Source of the DNA: Spironucleus salmonicida
Taxonomy: Eukaryota
Length of the DNA stretch: 64,000 bases
Direction of reading: 5' to 3'
Assembly (NCBI RefSeq): GCF_000497125.1
Contig: NC_090603.1
Span: 992,001-1,056,000, forward strand
Shown: piece after piece, positions 38,136 to 52,223 of the stretch
How the letters are laid out: each line of letters begins with the position of its first letter
Numbering within the stretch: position 1 is the stretch's first letter
The notes under the pieces: model-generated
What the model was told of the DNA's origin: nothing
What the model saw: the letters and a program-made list of their open reading frames with translations, nothing else
The model's database searches: none
Program-made: the position numbers and the translations under genes

Positions 38136-40813
38136 TTTAGGGCAAAAAAGGATAAATACATATTATGTTATATCAAAAATGTAAATTAAAAAAATGTTAG
38201 TTTAGTTGATAGCCGCTTGAACTTACGCGGATATTTAATATTATTAATATTTAGATTATCTATTATCTGGTGTAATACACACTTATAATTATAGTCGGTT
38301 TATATATAACATAATTTTTACACGTGTTAGATTATTAATTAAAATCATAGATATTGAATTGGTATCATAGTAATAATAATGGAAGCGAAAAATCATAACA
38401 GAAAGTATGAAACTGTATTATTGCATATATTTATAATTACATAGTTTATTGATAAAATTTTAGAGATACAGTTTTAGATATAGCTAAATTAAGCAACTAT
38501 ATTTTGTATTAGAAACTCTTACCATAAAAAAATCTAACGTTTTATAATTAATTAGTTAATTTTATTTTTGTTAAATATAAATTGATTTTTATGTCTTTTA
38601 TTGTGAATAGAATAGTAGCATATCTTCTGTATGTTCCAAGAATTATTAATTATTTTCCAAGCATATGCGGAAATAAACTGCAATAGAATCCCTACTACCA
38701 AGTTTTTGTTTTGATACGTATGCGTTAACCTATTTTCTTTTGTATTTTAGATGGAATGATTACTTGTATTAAAATTAGAAATATGTTTATTATTACTGTA
38801 TGATCACTAATTAAACTTTTGAAAGTGAGTAGTTTAGGCACTTTTATTTCGTTATAAACCATTATAAGTAAATTTAAGATTTATAATCCAGTGCCAATTA
38901 CCAGATATTTTTATAGTTTTAATAAAAATGTTCTTGTTTCAATATCTAAATTAAAACTGGTAGTAACATTAAATATCAAAACATATTTAAACTAAATGAG
39001 GAATATTTAAGTTAATGGGAAAAATTAAAAAATTGTGTTTAATATTACAAATTTTCTTTAAATATTTTAACGAGTAAATAAAGGAATTTAAGGTAAATAG
39101 AAGTTTTATAATTACTGTAATTACGATCCTTCACTAATTGCACGAAAAAACAACCATTATAGTGATTATTTCTATGTATAGTGTATATTAAACTTAAATT
39201 AATATGTTTAGACTAAAATACTATTTATAAATATTTTCGTAATATGAAGAGTATAATCAAATTATAGTCGAATGGATTGATGGAAGATGTATTTTTATTT
39301 ATCATCATTAACTTTTATATTAAATTACAGCATTTACCATAAAAATTATATTATTGTATAATTGCAATTAACTTTTTGCGATATAATATATAGATATAAA
39401 ATTTTAAAAGTAGCATAACATAATGTATTTTGATAAGGTGGTATAAAGGAATTCATACCAAACTGAAGACTAGATTGAGTTAACTAGTTTCTTATATGTA
39501 TGTATAATTTCATCATTTAACACAACTGAATTTTCAATACTAATAAACTAGTCATGTTTATTTTAAACTATTATTATATATTATACTTTTGTTTAAAATT
39601 AAATATAAAATGAAATTTTATCACTGTTTAAAATTGTATCTTTAGAAAATAATTATAATTATCTCTTCATTTCATAGTTTATTTTTCTATTCTGTAATAT
39701 TGTATTAGTAAGAGATCTTAATTAATTTTAAATTTATGTCCGCCTAAAATAGAGATAGTTTTTGAACATTAATTTAAATGTAATTATCTGCTCATATTTC
39801 GATGATACTGAAATTAACAAATATTCTAGAGAAAATATAATCACACTATATATCTAAATACTTGATTTAATTGACTATAGTATGTAAATGCTAGTTTATA
39901 AAATTTATTGAGTATACTTACATGCAATATTTATTAGGATCTATACTCATTATTTAAAAAATTATATATACTATAGAATTTTATAATAAATTAAATGCAC
40001 CATCAATTAATACATAAAGTTTTGCTAAAGATGATATTATTTTAGATTAAATGCTTATTTCCATTAAATTTAAAGAAATCTACAAAGTTTATTTTATCAA
40101 TTTATAGTAAAAGTATTATAGACATGTATTCTATTTCAGTTCGTATGTTTCAGATTTATTATAATGTAATATTTTTAATTAGAAATCAACAAAAAAATAA
40201 TATGTAGCCGATTATTATAAAGTTGTAGTCTAAACCAACGATTTACCAATTATGCTTTTAATATATTAATAGATGATTTACTGTTGAGTATAAAGGTTCT
40301 ATATTATTTATCCCTATTTTATTGTTATATTACTTGATAATATTTTACATTTTAAAGATGTATTATAGTAGAATACTATTATTTTTTACTTTTGAGTGCT
40401 AACCAGATTTAAATTACTATTTGTAAGATATCAGAGTTTCTATGAATATTGTATCTGATTATTATCTCAAAATTTATGAACCACTTGAAAAACGAAGCAA
40501 GAACCATTAAAGATAAATTTAAAACTAGATGCATGATAATACAGAATAAAATATATACAATACTGGTTCTTCATTGTATAGTCTAATATAATGTTGTATA
40601 TTTTTTATTATGTATATACAATTGTTTTTAGGTTCAGTTATTGATTAATTTAATAAACTATTAAAATAAATATATTGATTATAAATTCTTTGACGTAAGT
40701 ATAGCAGAATATGATTTGATATTTGTTAAGTGATAAACCACAATATAGTAGCAAGATATACAGTATATAATAATGTGTGTATACAATAAATCAAATCTAT
40801 ACTTTTCATAAAA

Positions 40814-43800
40814 ATGGAGCTATCTGAATCACTCTTTAACCACTATAGTTAAAAGCAGGCTCACCATATCCTTGAGGCTAAGTTGGGCTTAGTTAAGGGA
40901 GACCTTTCTTAGAATAAAGATCTTATTCACGAGTACATCAATCTCAAACTTTTGACACTTGGTTAGAAGCCAATAATTTCAGGCGAATCTGTTATTATGA
41001 CTCCTGGAGGATCAAAATAGCGAATTGAAGTTTCTGTTGCATAAATTGCATAGGATCTTATCCAACAGCTAAAAGCCTCCCCTGAGAGAATGGCCCCTGT
41101 TGATGAACGAATCACCAGCTTCCTCACTAAGGAATTCCCAAAGGCTTCTCTTAAGCTACCTGCAGGTGGAGAGACGTTCTCAATTGATCGTGCTGGAGTT
41201 GCTTTTGAACTTTCGACACCTCATGATTCCTAATATTATTCTGCTGATGGTAATCTTAATATCAGAATCCCCTAAGGCCTTCTTTCCAACCCAAAGTCGG
41301 ACAAGCGTTCCACTGTTGGAACGTTCCACGTAGGAGAATCATCCACATCTATCCCCTTTGACAAACTTGCTGTTCCCAAACACACTGTAGAGTTTATGCT
41401 TAAAAGTGCTCTTAACCCTCCTAAAAAGTCTCTTGAACTACCATTCACCGCTTCTCTACCAGAGTCAGATCGTACTCATTGCTGGACGTCTGTTTATTGT
41501 TGTCCACCAGTCATTCCAGGTATTGGATCTTAGTCTAAGGCATATACCCAGAAACACATGGACGTTAGATATTTTGCTCCTGCCGCCTTTGTTGCTAATT
41601 TAGGTTTTGTGGAATAGATCTTTTCTAACAGAGGAAATCCTACTGTAAATGACTTATTAACTACCTAGCCAGAATTGCACTCAGGTGTTTCTGCTATTAT
41701 TATTCTTGCTCCCCATCTTGTTAGTACAAAGAAAAAAGAATGTGGCTTACCTCATTTCGATTAGGCCACTGAACGCTAGAAACGCGATGGAATGTGCTGG
41801 AAGGATGAAAATGAGCTTTACAATGGTGGAAAGCCGTTCAAGCTTACATATAGAAGCCAGACTGATGGTGTAGTTGTATCTATCCTTGCTGATACCTATT
41901 TTGGATATAGTAAGAAAGAAATAAAGACTATGATCAGTTTTGCTTGTAATATTAGAGGTTTCAGCCAAGAAGAGCATGCCGGCGGCTGTTATACGTGCCC
42001 TGCTTATAGCTGGGGTAGAAGCTTTAGAAGCTCTGACTCAAGAGTAGGCTTGTATAATAATGCACAACATGTCGAAAGTGTGAGCGATTTCACTGCCAAG
42101 AAAACAAAAGAGTAATCTGAGCGCACACTGACACACACTTTTGCTGAGATGAAGGAGCTTCTTGGTGGAAAGGCTACTTATGATCAATAGAAAGGATATT
42201 TGATTGATAAGAGTTTTAAAAATGTTATTTATCTCCCAGAATATGTTAATATCGAACTTTCTGATAGAAATGTTACATATAAGCATCCTGATACCAATGA
42301 GACATTAACTATGAAGATCAGTTCAGAGACTGTATATGTTTTACCAAATGGTTATTAAATGCAGCTTTAACGTCACCCAGTCACAAAGTAGTGGATGATT
42401 GTTGGTACACTACCCACCACCAAATTTTTATACAAACCTTCATCTGTTTCAGGATCAGGAAAATCAGAGTTAAGTAAATCTATAATGGATGCAGTCACAT
42501 CGGGTCCATTCTTTTGCAAGAATTTCAAAGATATGATGGATGGTGCAGAAAAAGTCCTTACTGGTAACTTCAACTAACGTTTCCGCCCAGAATTCTAAGA
42601 CTAGTATAAATCTAAGAGTGGAATGTCTAGGCATATATTAGCAGCGGAACGTACTATAGGTTCAGTTATATAGTTACTTACCATATAGGAAAAGTACACC
42701 GAAGATTACAATAAATGGCTTTCATCATTTGACTAAGATATAATAGCATTTATTTTCGTACTCAAGTCAATGTATAGACCTTCATGGGGAGATTATGAAG
42801 ATTCTAAATCTTGGAGAGCACACTTCTCTATTGATGTTGTTAATGGTTCTGAAGGATATGCTCTTAAATGTTAGGGGGTTGAAATTTAATCTAACTATCT
42901 TCGTGTAGGTATGGAGAATGGTAACTGGCGTAAATTTAGACTCAGATAAGATTTCTTCCCAGGTGTACGTTTCCAAAATAATGATGATATTGCGGTATCT
43001 CTTACTATTCCAGGAGAATAGCTAAACAATCTCACACATTCTGGCTAGTTTTGTACTGATCGTTCATACAAGCTTACCTCTAACTGCGAGTATAGGTATT
43101 TCTAAAGACCAGACGATGCAGTGCACCCAGGTGTTGATAAAAAGTGTGAAAATGATCTTTCCGAAACCTAAGGAAGAACATTCATCAGTAATTTTGAGCC
43201 AATTCCTAGAGAATAGGTTTAAGAGATTGCACAGGATGTTATGACTCTTGAAAAGTATTCTACCAGCATGCAAAACTTTATCAAGGACTTCTCGTCATCT
43301 GAGAAGTTTGGAGAATTTGATAATTGCGTTATTTCTAGCGAGTTTAGAATTACTGACCCTGCTAAAGGTACGAGAACAGCTAATGTTAGATATTTATAAA
43401 CCAGAGACGAACTTTTATACAGAGACGTTCAACTTGATAAGTATATGATAGAAATTCGTAATAGACTCGCCAGAAATATTCCATTTTCTGCACCTGTGCC
43501 TCTACCTGTTGATGTTTACGTTCCTGGAAGAAGACTTAATACCGTTGATCCTAAAAACTCAAAGATACGCCCACTCTCAGTATATAACCCAGTTCATTAT
43601 CAACCAATCCCACTTCTCATTTTAGATGTTATGACGTCAATGTCTGGTAAGTCTCCATCAACTACTGGCTCTGGCTCACTTGAGGGAGCCCTTACTAAAG
43701 GTCCTTTCAATAATCTTCTTCCTGCACTTGACATAAATTATTTTGCTCTTTCTCTTATGTTATCTACTGATCCAGTTCTCAGTACTGCTGCTGGAAATAT

Positions 43801-44461
43801 CGGTAGAAAATTAAAGATTGATCATGATATTACATTAATCATCCCTGATATTGTTTCTAGAATGACTAGTAGTGAATTAAATATTGATAACCTGATAGCT
43901 GGAGGTTTCCTTGAGAAGGTTAAAGATTTTGAACACAAGGGTCAAAAGGTACCTGCTTCAATTCTCGGTTATAGAATAACCCAATCTTTCGTAAGAACTT
44001 ATTTCTCCCGTATATTTGATCATGTTGGCGGCATTTTCACTGAAGAACACTTAAGACCTGAACTTCAATCTATTGATGAGTTTGCTGACGGTGTCATGTT
44101 TATCTGGGAAAATATTTGTGGATAAGTCTCCGACTATTATAAAGATGGTTCATTCGAACAACTTATTCCTCCTCTCCAAACTCTTCTCTAAATTGTTTAG
44201 AACGGCGGAACATATAACAATTTGACTGTAGATTCTCCAGAGTTCCTTGCTGAATTCAAGAGAGCTAATGTTATTAATTCACCATGGTATAAATAAAGAC
44301 TTATTTAAGCCCAGAGAAATGAAATTTAACTTCTTTAAGACAAGATTTCTAAAGTTGGCGGTGCTGATCTCAAAGAGAGACTCGAATATGTAAGAAGCGA
44401 GAAATATCTTTAAGATATTAATGGAAGCCTTGGTGTCCACGTTTTTAACGAGGAAGAGTGA
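40814..44461 (+). CDS. Pyrophosphate-dependent phosphoenolpyruvate carboxykinase (PPi-PEPCK), copy 1
   Basis: 1,215 aa. NPKSDKRSTVGTFHV, GMCWKDENELYNGG, ADTYFGYSKKEIKT, EEHAGG, KPSSVSGSGKSE, NCEYRYFQRPDDA and GKSPSTTGSGSLEGALTKGPFN are motifs of the Entamoeba/Propionibacterium-type PPi-PEPCK family. Confidence 0.88.
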
Positions 44462-44687
44462 TGACTTCTAATTTTTATATTTTAGTTACGTATTTTAAGA
44501 ATTTTTGAACATCTATTTTCACACCCCTTATATTAATTTATATTATAAAATATAGGACGAAACAAAGATGCATTAGACTGGACCGATGATAATACACTAT
44601 TTTGGGAATCGAAGTGACACATGATTATAAATATTTTAAATAGAGGCAACACTATTTAATATTATATTTAATCGACTATTGAGAAGA

Positions 44688-45137
44688 ATGACATGTGAAT
44701 TCTTTGCCACAATTGGTTGCTGCAAATATGATAATGCATGTTCACGACATCACATAGCATAAGAATCTTCAAATTTAGTGGTGATTCCTAATTTATGCCC
44801 ACTGACAAAGAGTATAGAATTGAACGAATAGTTACTTTTACAGTCTGTCAAAGAGATAGTAAGATTTGCTAGTGAAAACTCCCATATTGTAGATTTTACT
44901 GTCGCTGTGAATAATAACCATTTATATGGTACTGTATATTTACTATTTGAATCAATTATTGCAGCAAATGCATTTGTACTTAGTCTTCCCAAAGCATTTT
45001 CAGGAAAAGATATTGTGGCTAGATTTCTTCCACACAAAGTACTAAAACCTATATTCTGCAATGTAAGAAACTGTGATGGATACTTTTGTCAGAAGGTGCA
45101 TGAGAAGTTTTTTAGTCGAAAAGATATATTGGATTGA
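44688..45137 (+). CDS. U2AF1: U2AF small subunit (U2AF35)-like splicing factor, copy 1
   Basis: 149 aa. ZnF1 CEFFATIGCCKYDNACSRHH (C-x8-C-x5-C-x3-H), UHM with NNNHLYGTVYLLF and FSGKDIVARFLP, and a shortened ZnF2 CNVRNCDGYFCQKVH. No RS tail. Confidence 0.78.
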
Positions 45138-45215
45138 AGGTATAATGATAGTATTACAAAATAGTTATTAGGAATTATTTAGTGTATACATTATAGATTT
45201 ATAGCTAATTTAATC

Positions 45216-45671
45216 TCATAAATTTAAATTACATAGGCTGATTAGTTCAATATAATTCAATAGTGACGAATTTCTAATTTAATCGAATGAATATATAGTA
45301 TATGTAATGATAAATTCTTATTATAAAGTAGGCAATAACATTATAGTATCGGCTCTATGCGGACACGAAGATGCGGCGAGGTCTATTTTTACGATACACT
45401 GGTAAATAAAGGCTGTACACATTATGGCCGTAGTTATTATAGTAAGACACTATAAATACGAGCTAGATGACGTGGTTTGGAGGGCAAACTGGGATATCCC
45501 GAGAAATAGCAAGCAGGCAGAGATTGTTCCCCCGATTGAATATATTGGGTAACCCATGTTAGCACCAGCCTCCGAAATTGACGGAAGATACGCAGCATTA
45601 TCGAATACGATTGCCACGACCAGGGTGGACACGATAGTTATCGCGAAGGACGCCAGCGCGAACTTAATCAT
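45216..45671 (-). pseudogene. 3'-truncated chimeric DRAM/TMEM150-like copy 2
   Basis: Identical to the full gene for the first ~106 codons, then reads into unrelated sequence (ADTIMLLPTLQQEF...) to TGA at 45216. Confidence 0.7.
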
Positions 45672-48349
45672 TTTAGGGCAAAAAAGGATAAATACATATT
45701 ATGTTATATCAAAAATGTAAATTAAAAAAATGTTAGTTTAGTTGATAGCCGCTTGAACTTACGCGGATATTTAATATTATTAATATTTAGATTATCTATT
45801 ATCTGGTGTAATACACACTTATAATTATAGTCGGTTTATATATAACATAATTTTTACACGTGTTAGATTATTAATTAAAATCATAGATATTGAATTGGTA
45901 TCATAGTAATAATAATGGAAGCGAAAAATCATAACAGAAAGTATGAAACTGTATTATTGCATATATTTATAATTACATAGTTTATTGATAAAATTTTAGA
46001 GATACAGTTTTAGATATAGCTAAATTAAGCAACTATATTTTGTATTAGAAACTCTTACCATAAAAAAATCTAACGTTTTATAATTAATTAGTTAATTTTA
46101 TTTTTGTTAAATATAAATTGATTTTTATGTCTTTTATTGTGAATAGAATAGTAGCATATCTTCTGTATGTTCCAAGAATTATTAATTATTTTCCAAGCAT
46201 ATGCGGAAATAAACTGCAATAGAATCCCTACTACCAAGTTTTTGTTTTGATACGTATGCGTTAACCTATTTTCTTTTGTATTTTAGATGGAATGATTACT
46301 TGTATTAAAATTAGAAATATGTTTATTATTACTGTATGATCACTAATTAAACTTTTGAAAGTGAGTAGTTTAGGCACTTTTATTTCGTTATAAACCATTA
46401 TAAGTAAATTTAAGATTTATAATCCAGTGCCAATTACCAGATATTTTTATAGTTTTAATAAAAATGTTCTTGTTTCAATATCTAAATTAAAACTGGTAGT
46501 AACATTAAATATCAAAACATATTTAAACTAAATGAGGAATATTTAAGTTAATGGGAAAAATTAAAAAATTGTGTTTAATATTACAAATTTTCTTTAAATA
46601 TTTTAACGAGTAAATAAAGGAATTTAAGGTAAATAGAAGTTTTATAATTACTGTAATTACGATCCTTCACTAATTGCACGAAAAAACAACCATTATAGTG
46701 ATTATTTCTATGTATAGTGTATATTAAACTTAAATTAATATGTTTAGACTAAAATACTATTTATAAATATTTTCGTAATATGAAGAGTATAATCAAATTA
46801 TAGTCGAATGGATTGATGGAAGATGTATTTTTATTTATCATCATTAACTTTTATATTAAATTACAGCATTTACCATAAAAATTATATTATTGTATAATTG
46901 CAATTAACTTTTTGCGATATAATATATAGATATAAAATTTTAAAAGTAGCATAACATAATGTATTTTGATAAGGTGGTATAAAGGAATTCATACCAAACT
47001 GAAGACTAGATTGAGTTAACTAGTTTCTTATATGTATGTATAATTTCATCATTTAACACAACTGAATTTTCAATACTAATAAACTAGTCATGTTTATTTT
47101 AAACTATTATTATATATTATACTTTTGTTTAAAATTAAATATAAAATGAAATTTTATCACTGTTTAAAATTGTATCTTTAGAAAATAATTATAATTATCT
47201 CTTCATTTCATAGTTTATTTTTCTATTCTGTAATATTGTATTAGTAAGAGATCTTAATTAATTTTAAATTTATGTCCGCCTAAAATAGAGATAGTTTTTG
47301 AACATTAATTTAAATGTAATTATCTGCTCATATTTCGATGATACTGAAATTAACAAATATTCTAGAGAAAATATAATCACACTATATATCTAAATACTTG
47401 ATTTAATTGACTATAGTATGTAAATGCTAGTTTATAAAATTTATTGAGTATACTTACATGCAATATTTATTAGGATCTATACTCATTATTTAAAAAATTA
47501 TATATACTATAGAATTTTATAATAAATTAAATGCACCATCAATTAATACATAAAGTTTTGCTAAAGATGATATTATTTTAGATTAAATGCTTATTTCCAT
47601 TAAATTTAAAGAAATCTACAAAGTTTATTTTATCAATTTATAGTAAAAGTATTATAGACATGTATTCTATTTCAGTTCGTATGTTTCAGATTTATTATAA
47701 TGTAATATTTTTAATTAGAAATCAACAAAAAAATAATATGTAGCCGATTATTATAAAGTTGTAGTCTAAACCAACGATTTACCAATTATGCTTTTAATAT
47801 ATTAATAGATGATTTACTGTTGAGTATAAAGGTTCTATATTATTTATCCCTATTTTATTGTTATATTACTTGATAATATTTTACATTTTAAAGATGTATT
47901 ATAGTAGAATACTATTATTTTTTACTTTTGAGTGCTAACCAGATTTAAATTACTATTTGTAAGATATCAGAGTTTCTATGAATATTGTATCTGATTATTA
48001 TCTCAAAATTTATGAACCACTTGAAAAACGAAGCAAGAACCATTAAAGATAAATTTAAAACTAGATGCATGATAATACAGAATAAAATATATACAATACT
48101 GGTTCTTCATTGTATAGTCTAATATAATGTTGTATATTTTTTATTATGTATATACAATTGTTTTTAGGTTCAGTTATTGATTAATTTAATAAACTATTAA
48201 AATAAATATATTGATTATAAATTCTTTGACGTAAGTATAGCAGAATATGATTTGATATTTGTTAAGTGATAAACCACAATATAGTAGCAAGATATACAGT
48301 ATATAATAATGTGTGTATACAATAAATCAAATCTATACTTTTCATAAAA

Positions 48350-51300
48350 ATGGAGCTATCTGAATCACTCTTTAACCACTATAGTTAAAAGCAGGCTCAC
48401 CATATCCTTGAGGCTAAGTTGGGCTTAGTTAAGGGAGACCTTTCTTAGAATAAAGATCTTATTCACGAGTACATCAATCTCAAACTTTTGACACTTGGTT
48501 AGAAGCCAATAATTTCAGGCGAATCTGTTATTATGACTCCTGGAGGATCAAAATAGCGAATTGAAGTTTCTGTTGCATAAATTGCATAGGATCTTATCCA
48601 ACAGCTAAAAGCCTCCCCTGAGAGAATGGCCCCTGTTGATGAACGAATCACCAGCTTCCTCACTAAGGAATTCCCAAAGGCTTCTCTTAAGCTACCTGCA
48701 GGTGGAGAGACGTTCTCAATTGATCGTGCTGGAGTTGCTTTTGAACTTTCGACACCTCATGATTCCTAATATTATTCTGCTGATGGTAATCTTAATATCA
48801 GAATCCCCTAAGGCCTTCTTTCCAACCCAAAGTCGGACAAGCGTTCCACTGTTGGAACGTTCCACGTAGGAGAATCATCCACATCTATCCCCTTTGACAA
48901 ACTTGCTGTTCCCAAACACACTGTAGAGTTTATGCTTAAAAGTGCTCTTAACCCTCCTAAAAAGTCTCTTGAACTACCATTCACCGCTTCTCTACCAGAG
49001 TCAGATCGTACTCATTGCTGGACGTCTGTTTATTGTTGTCCACCAGTCATTCCAGGTATTGGATCTTAGTCTAAGGCATATACCCAGAAACACATGGACG
49101 TTAGATATTTTGCTCCTGCCGCCTTTGTTGCTAATTTAGGTTTTGTGGAATAGATCTTTTCTAACAGAGGAAATCCTACTGTAAATGACTTATTAACTAC
49201 CTAGCCAGAATTGCACTCAGGTGTTTCTGCTATTATTATTCTTGCTCCCCATCTTGTTAGTACAAAGAAAAAAGAATGTGGCTTACCTCATTTCGATTAG
49301 GCCACTGAACGCTAGAAACGCGATGGAATGTGCTGGAAGGATGAAAATGAGCTTTACAATGGTGGAAAGCCGTTCAAGCTTACATATAGAAGCCAGACTG
49401 ATGGTGTAGTTGTATCTATCCTTGCTGATACCTATTTTGGATATAGTAAGAAAGAAATAAAGACTATGATCAGTTTTGCTTGTAATATTAGAGGTTTCAG
49501 CCAAGAAGAGCATGCCGGCGGCTGTTATACGTGCCCTGCTTATAGCTGGGGTAGAAGCTTTAGAAGCTCTGACTCAAGAGTAGGCTTGTATAATAATGCA
49601 CAACATGTCGAAAGTGTGAGCGATTTCACTGCCAAGAAAACAAAAGAGTAATCTGAGCGCACACTGACACACACTTTTGCTGAGATGAAGGAGCTTCTTG
49701 GTGGAAAGGCTACTTATGATCAATAGAAAGGATATTTGATTGATAAGAGTTTTAAAAATGTTATTTATCTCCCAGAATATGTTAATATCGAACTTTCTGA
49801 TAGAAATGTTACATATAAGCATCCTGATACCAATGAGACATTAACTATGAAGATCAGTTCAGAGACTGTATATGTTTTACCAAATGGTTATTAAATGCAG
49901 CTTTAACGTCACCCAGTCACAAAGTAGTGGATGATTGTTGGTACACTACCCACCACCAAATTTTTATACAAACCTTCATCTGTTTCAGGATCAGGAAAAT
50001 CAGAGTTAAGTAAATCTATAATGGATGCAGTCACATCGGGTCCATTCTTTTGCAAGAATTTCAAAGATATGATGGATGGTGCAGAAAAAGTCCTTACTGG
50101 TAACTTCAACTAACGTTTCCGCCCAGAATTCTAAGACTAGTATAAATCTAAGAGTGGAATGTCTAGGCATATATTAGCAGCGGAACGTACTATAGGTTCA
50201 GTTATATAGTTACTTACCATATAGGAAAAGTACACCGAAGATTACAATAAATGGCTTTCATCATTTGACTAAGATATAATAGCATTTATTTTCGTACTCA
50301 AGTCAATGTATAGACCTTCATGGGGAGATTATGAAGATTCTAAATCTTGGAGAGCACACTTCTCTATTGATGTTGTTAATGGTTCTGAAGGATATGCTCT
50401 TAAATGTTAGGGGGTTGAAATTTAATCTAACTATCTTCGTGTAGGTATGGAGAATGGTAACTGGCGTAAATTTAGACTCAGATAAGATTTCTTCCCAGGT
50501 GTACGTTTCCAAAATAATGATGATATTGCGGTATCTCTTACTATTCCAGGAGAATAGCTAAACAATCTCACACATTCTGGCTAGTTTTGTACTGATCGTT
50601 CATACAAGCTTACCTCTAACTGCGAGTATAGGTATTTCTAAAGACCAGACGATGCAGTGCACCCAGGTGTTGATAAAAAGTGTGAAAATGATCTTTCCGA
50701 AACCTAAGGAAGAACATTCATCAGTAATTTTGAGCCAATTCCTAGAGAATAGGTTTAAGAGATTGCACAGGATGTTATGACTCTTGAAAAGTATTCTACC
50801 AGCATGCAAAACTTTATCAAGGACTTCTCGTCATCTGAGAAGTTTGGAGAATTTGATAATTGCGTTATTTCTAGCGAGTTTAGAATTACTGACCCTGCTA
50901 AAGGTACGAGAACAGCTAATGTTAGATATTTATAAACCAGAGACGAACTTTTATACAGAGACGTTCAACTTGATAAGTATATGATAGAAATTCGTAATAG
51001 ACTCGCCAGAAATATTCCATTTTCTGCACCTGTGCCTCTACCTGTTGATGTTTACGTTCCTGGAAGAAGACTTAATACCGTTGATCCTAAAAACTCAAAG
51101 ATACGCCCACTCTCAGTATATAACCCAGTTCATTATCAACCAATCCCACTTCTCATTTTAGATGTTATGACGTCAATGTCTGGTAAGTCTCCATCAACTA
51201 CTGGCTCTGGCTCACTTGAGGGAGCCCTTACTAAAGGTCCTTTCAATAATCTTCTTCCTGCACTTGACATAAATTATTTTGCTCTTTCTCTTATGTTATC

Positions 51301-51997
51301 TACTGATCCAGTTCTCAGTACTGCTGCTGGAAATATCGGTAGAAAATTAAAGATTGATCATGATATTACATTAATCATCCCTGATATTGTTTCTAGAATG
51401 ACTAGTAGTGAATTAAATATTGATAACCTGATAGCTGGAGGTTTCCTTGAGAAGGTTAAAGATTTTGAACACAAGGGTCAAAAGGTACCTGCTTCAATTC
51501 TCGGTTATAGAATAACCCAATCTTTCGTAAGAACTTATTTCTCCCGTATATTTGATCATGTTGGCGGCATTTTCACTGAAGAACACTTAAGACCTGAACT
51601 TCAATCTATTGATGAGTTTGCTGACGGTGTCATGTTTATCTGGGAAAATATTTGTGGATAAGTCTCCGACTATTATAAAGATGGTTCATTCGAACAACTT
51701 ATTCCTCCTCTCCAAACTCTTCTCTAAATTGTTTAGAACGGCGGAACATATAACAATTTGACTGTAGATTCTCCAGAGTTCCTTGCTGAATTCAAGAGAG
51801 CTAATGTTATTAATTCACCATGGTATAAATAAAGACTTATTTAAGCCCAGAGAAATGAAATTTAACTTCTTTAAGACAAGATTTCTAAAGTTGGCGGTGC
51901 TGATCTCAAAGAGAGACTCGAATATGTAAGAAGCGAGAAATATCTTTAAGATATTAATGGAAGCCTTGGTGTCCACGTTTTTAACGAGGAAGAGTGA
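48350..51997 (+). CDS. PPi-dependent PEPCK, copy 2
   Basis: +7536 copy of 40814-44461; the track peptides are identical. Confidence 0.88.
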
Positions 51998-52223
51998 TGA
52001 CTTCTAATTTTTATATTTTAGTTACGTATTTTAAGAATTTTTGAACATCTATTTTCACACCCCTTATATTAATTTATATTATAAAATATAGGACGAAACA
52101 AAGATGCATTAGACTGGACCGATGATAATACACTATTTTGGGAATCGAAGTGACACATGATTATAAATATTTTAAATAGAGGCAACACTATTTAATATTA
52201 TATTTAATCGACTATTGAGAAGA

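Noticed and set aside
38208-38235. Small GC hairpin (ccgc...gcgg) as an ncRNA or terminator
   Set aside because: The stem is only about 4 bp with no tRNA or snoRNA hallmarks, which is consistent with chance.
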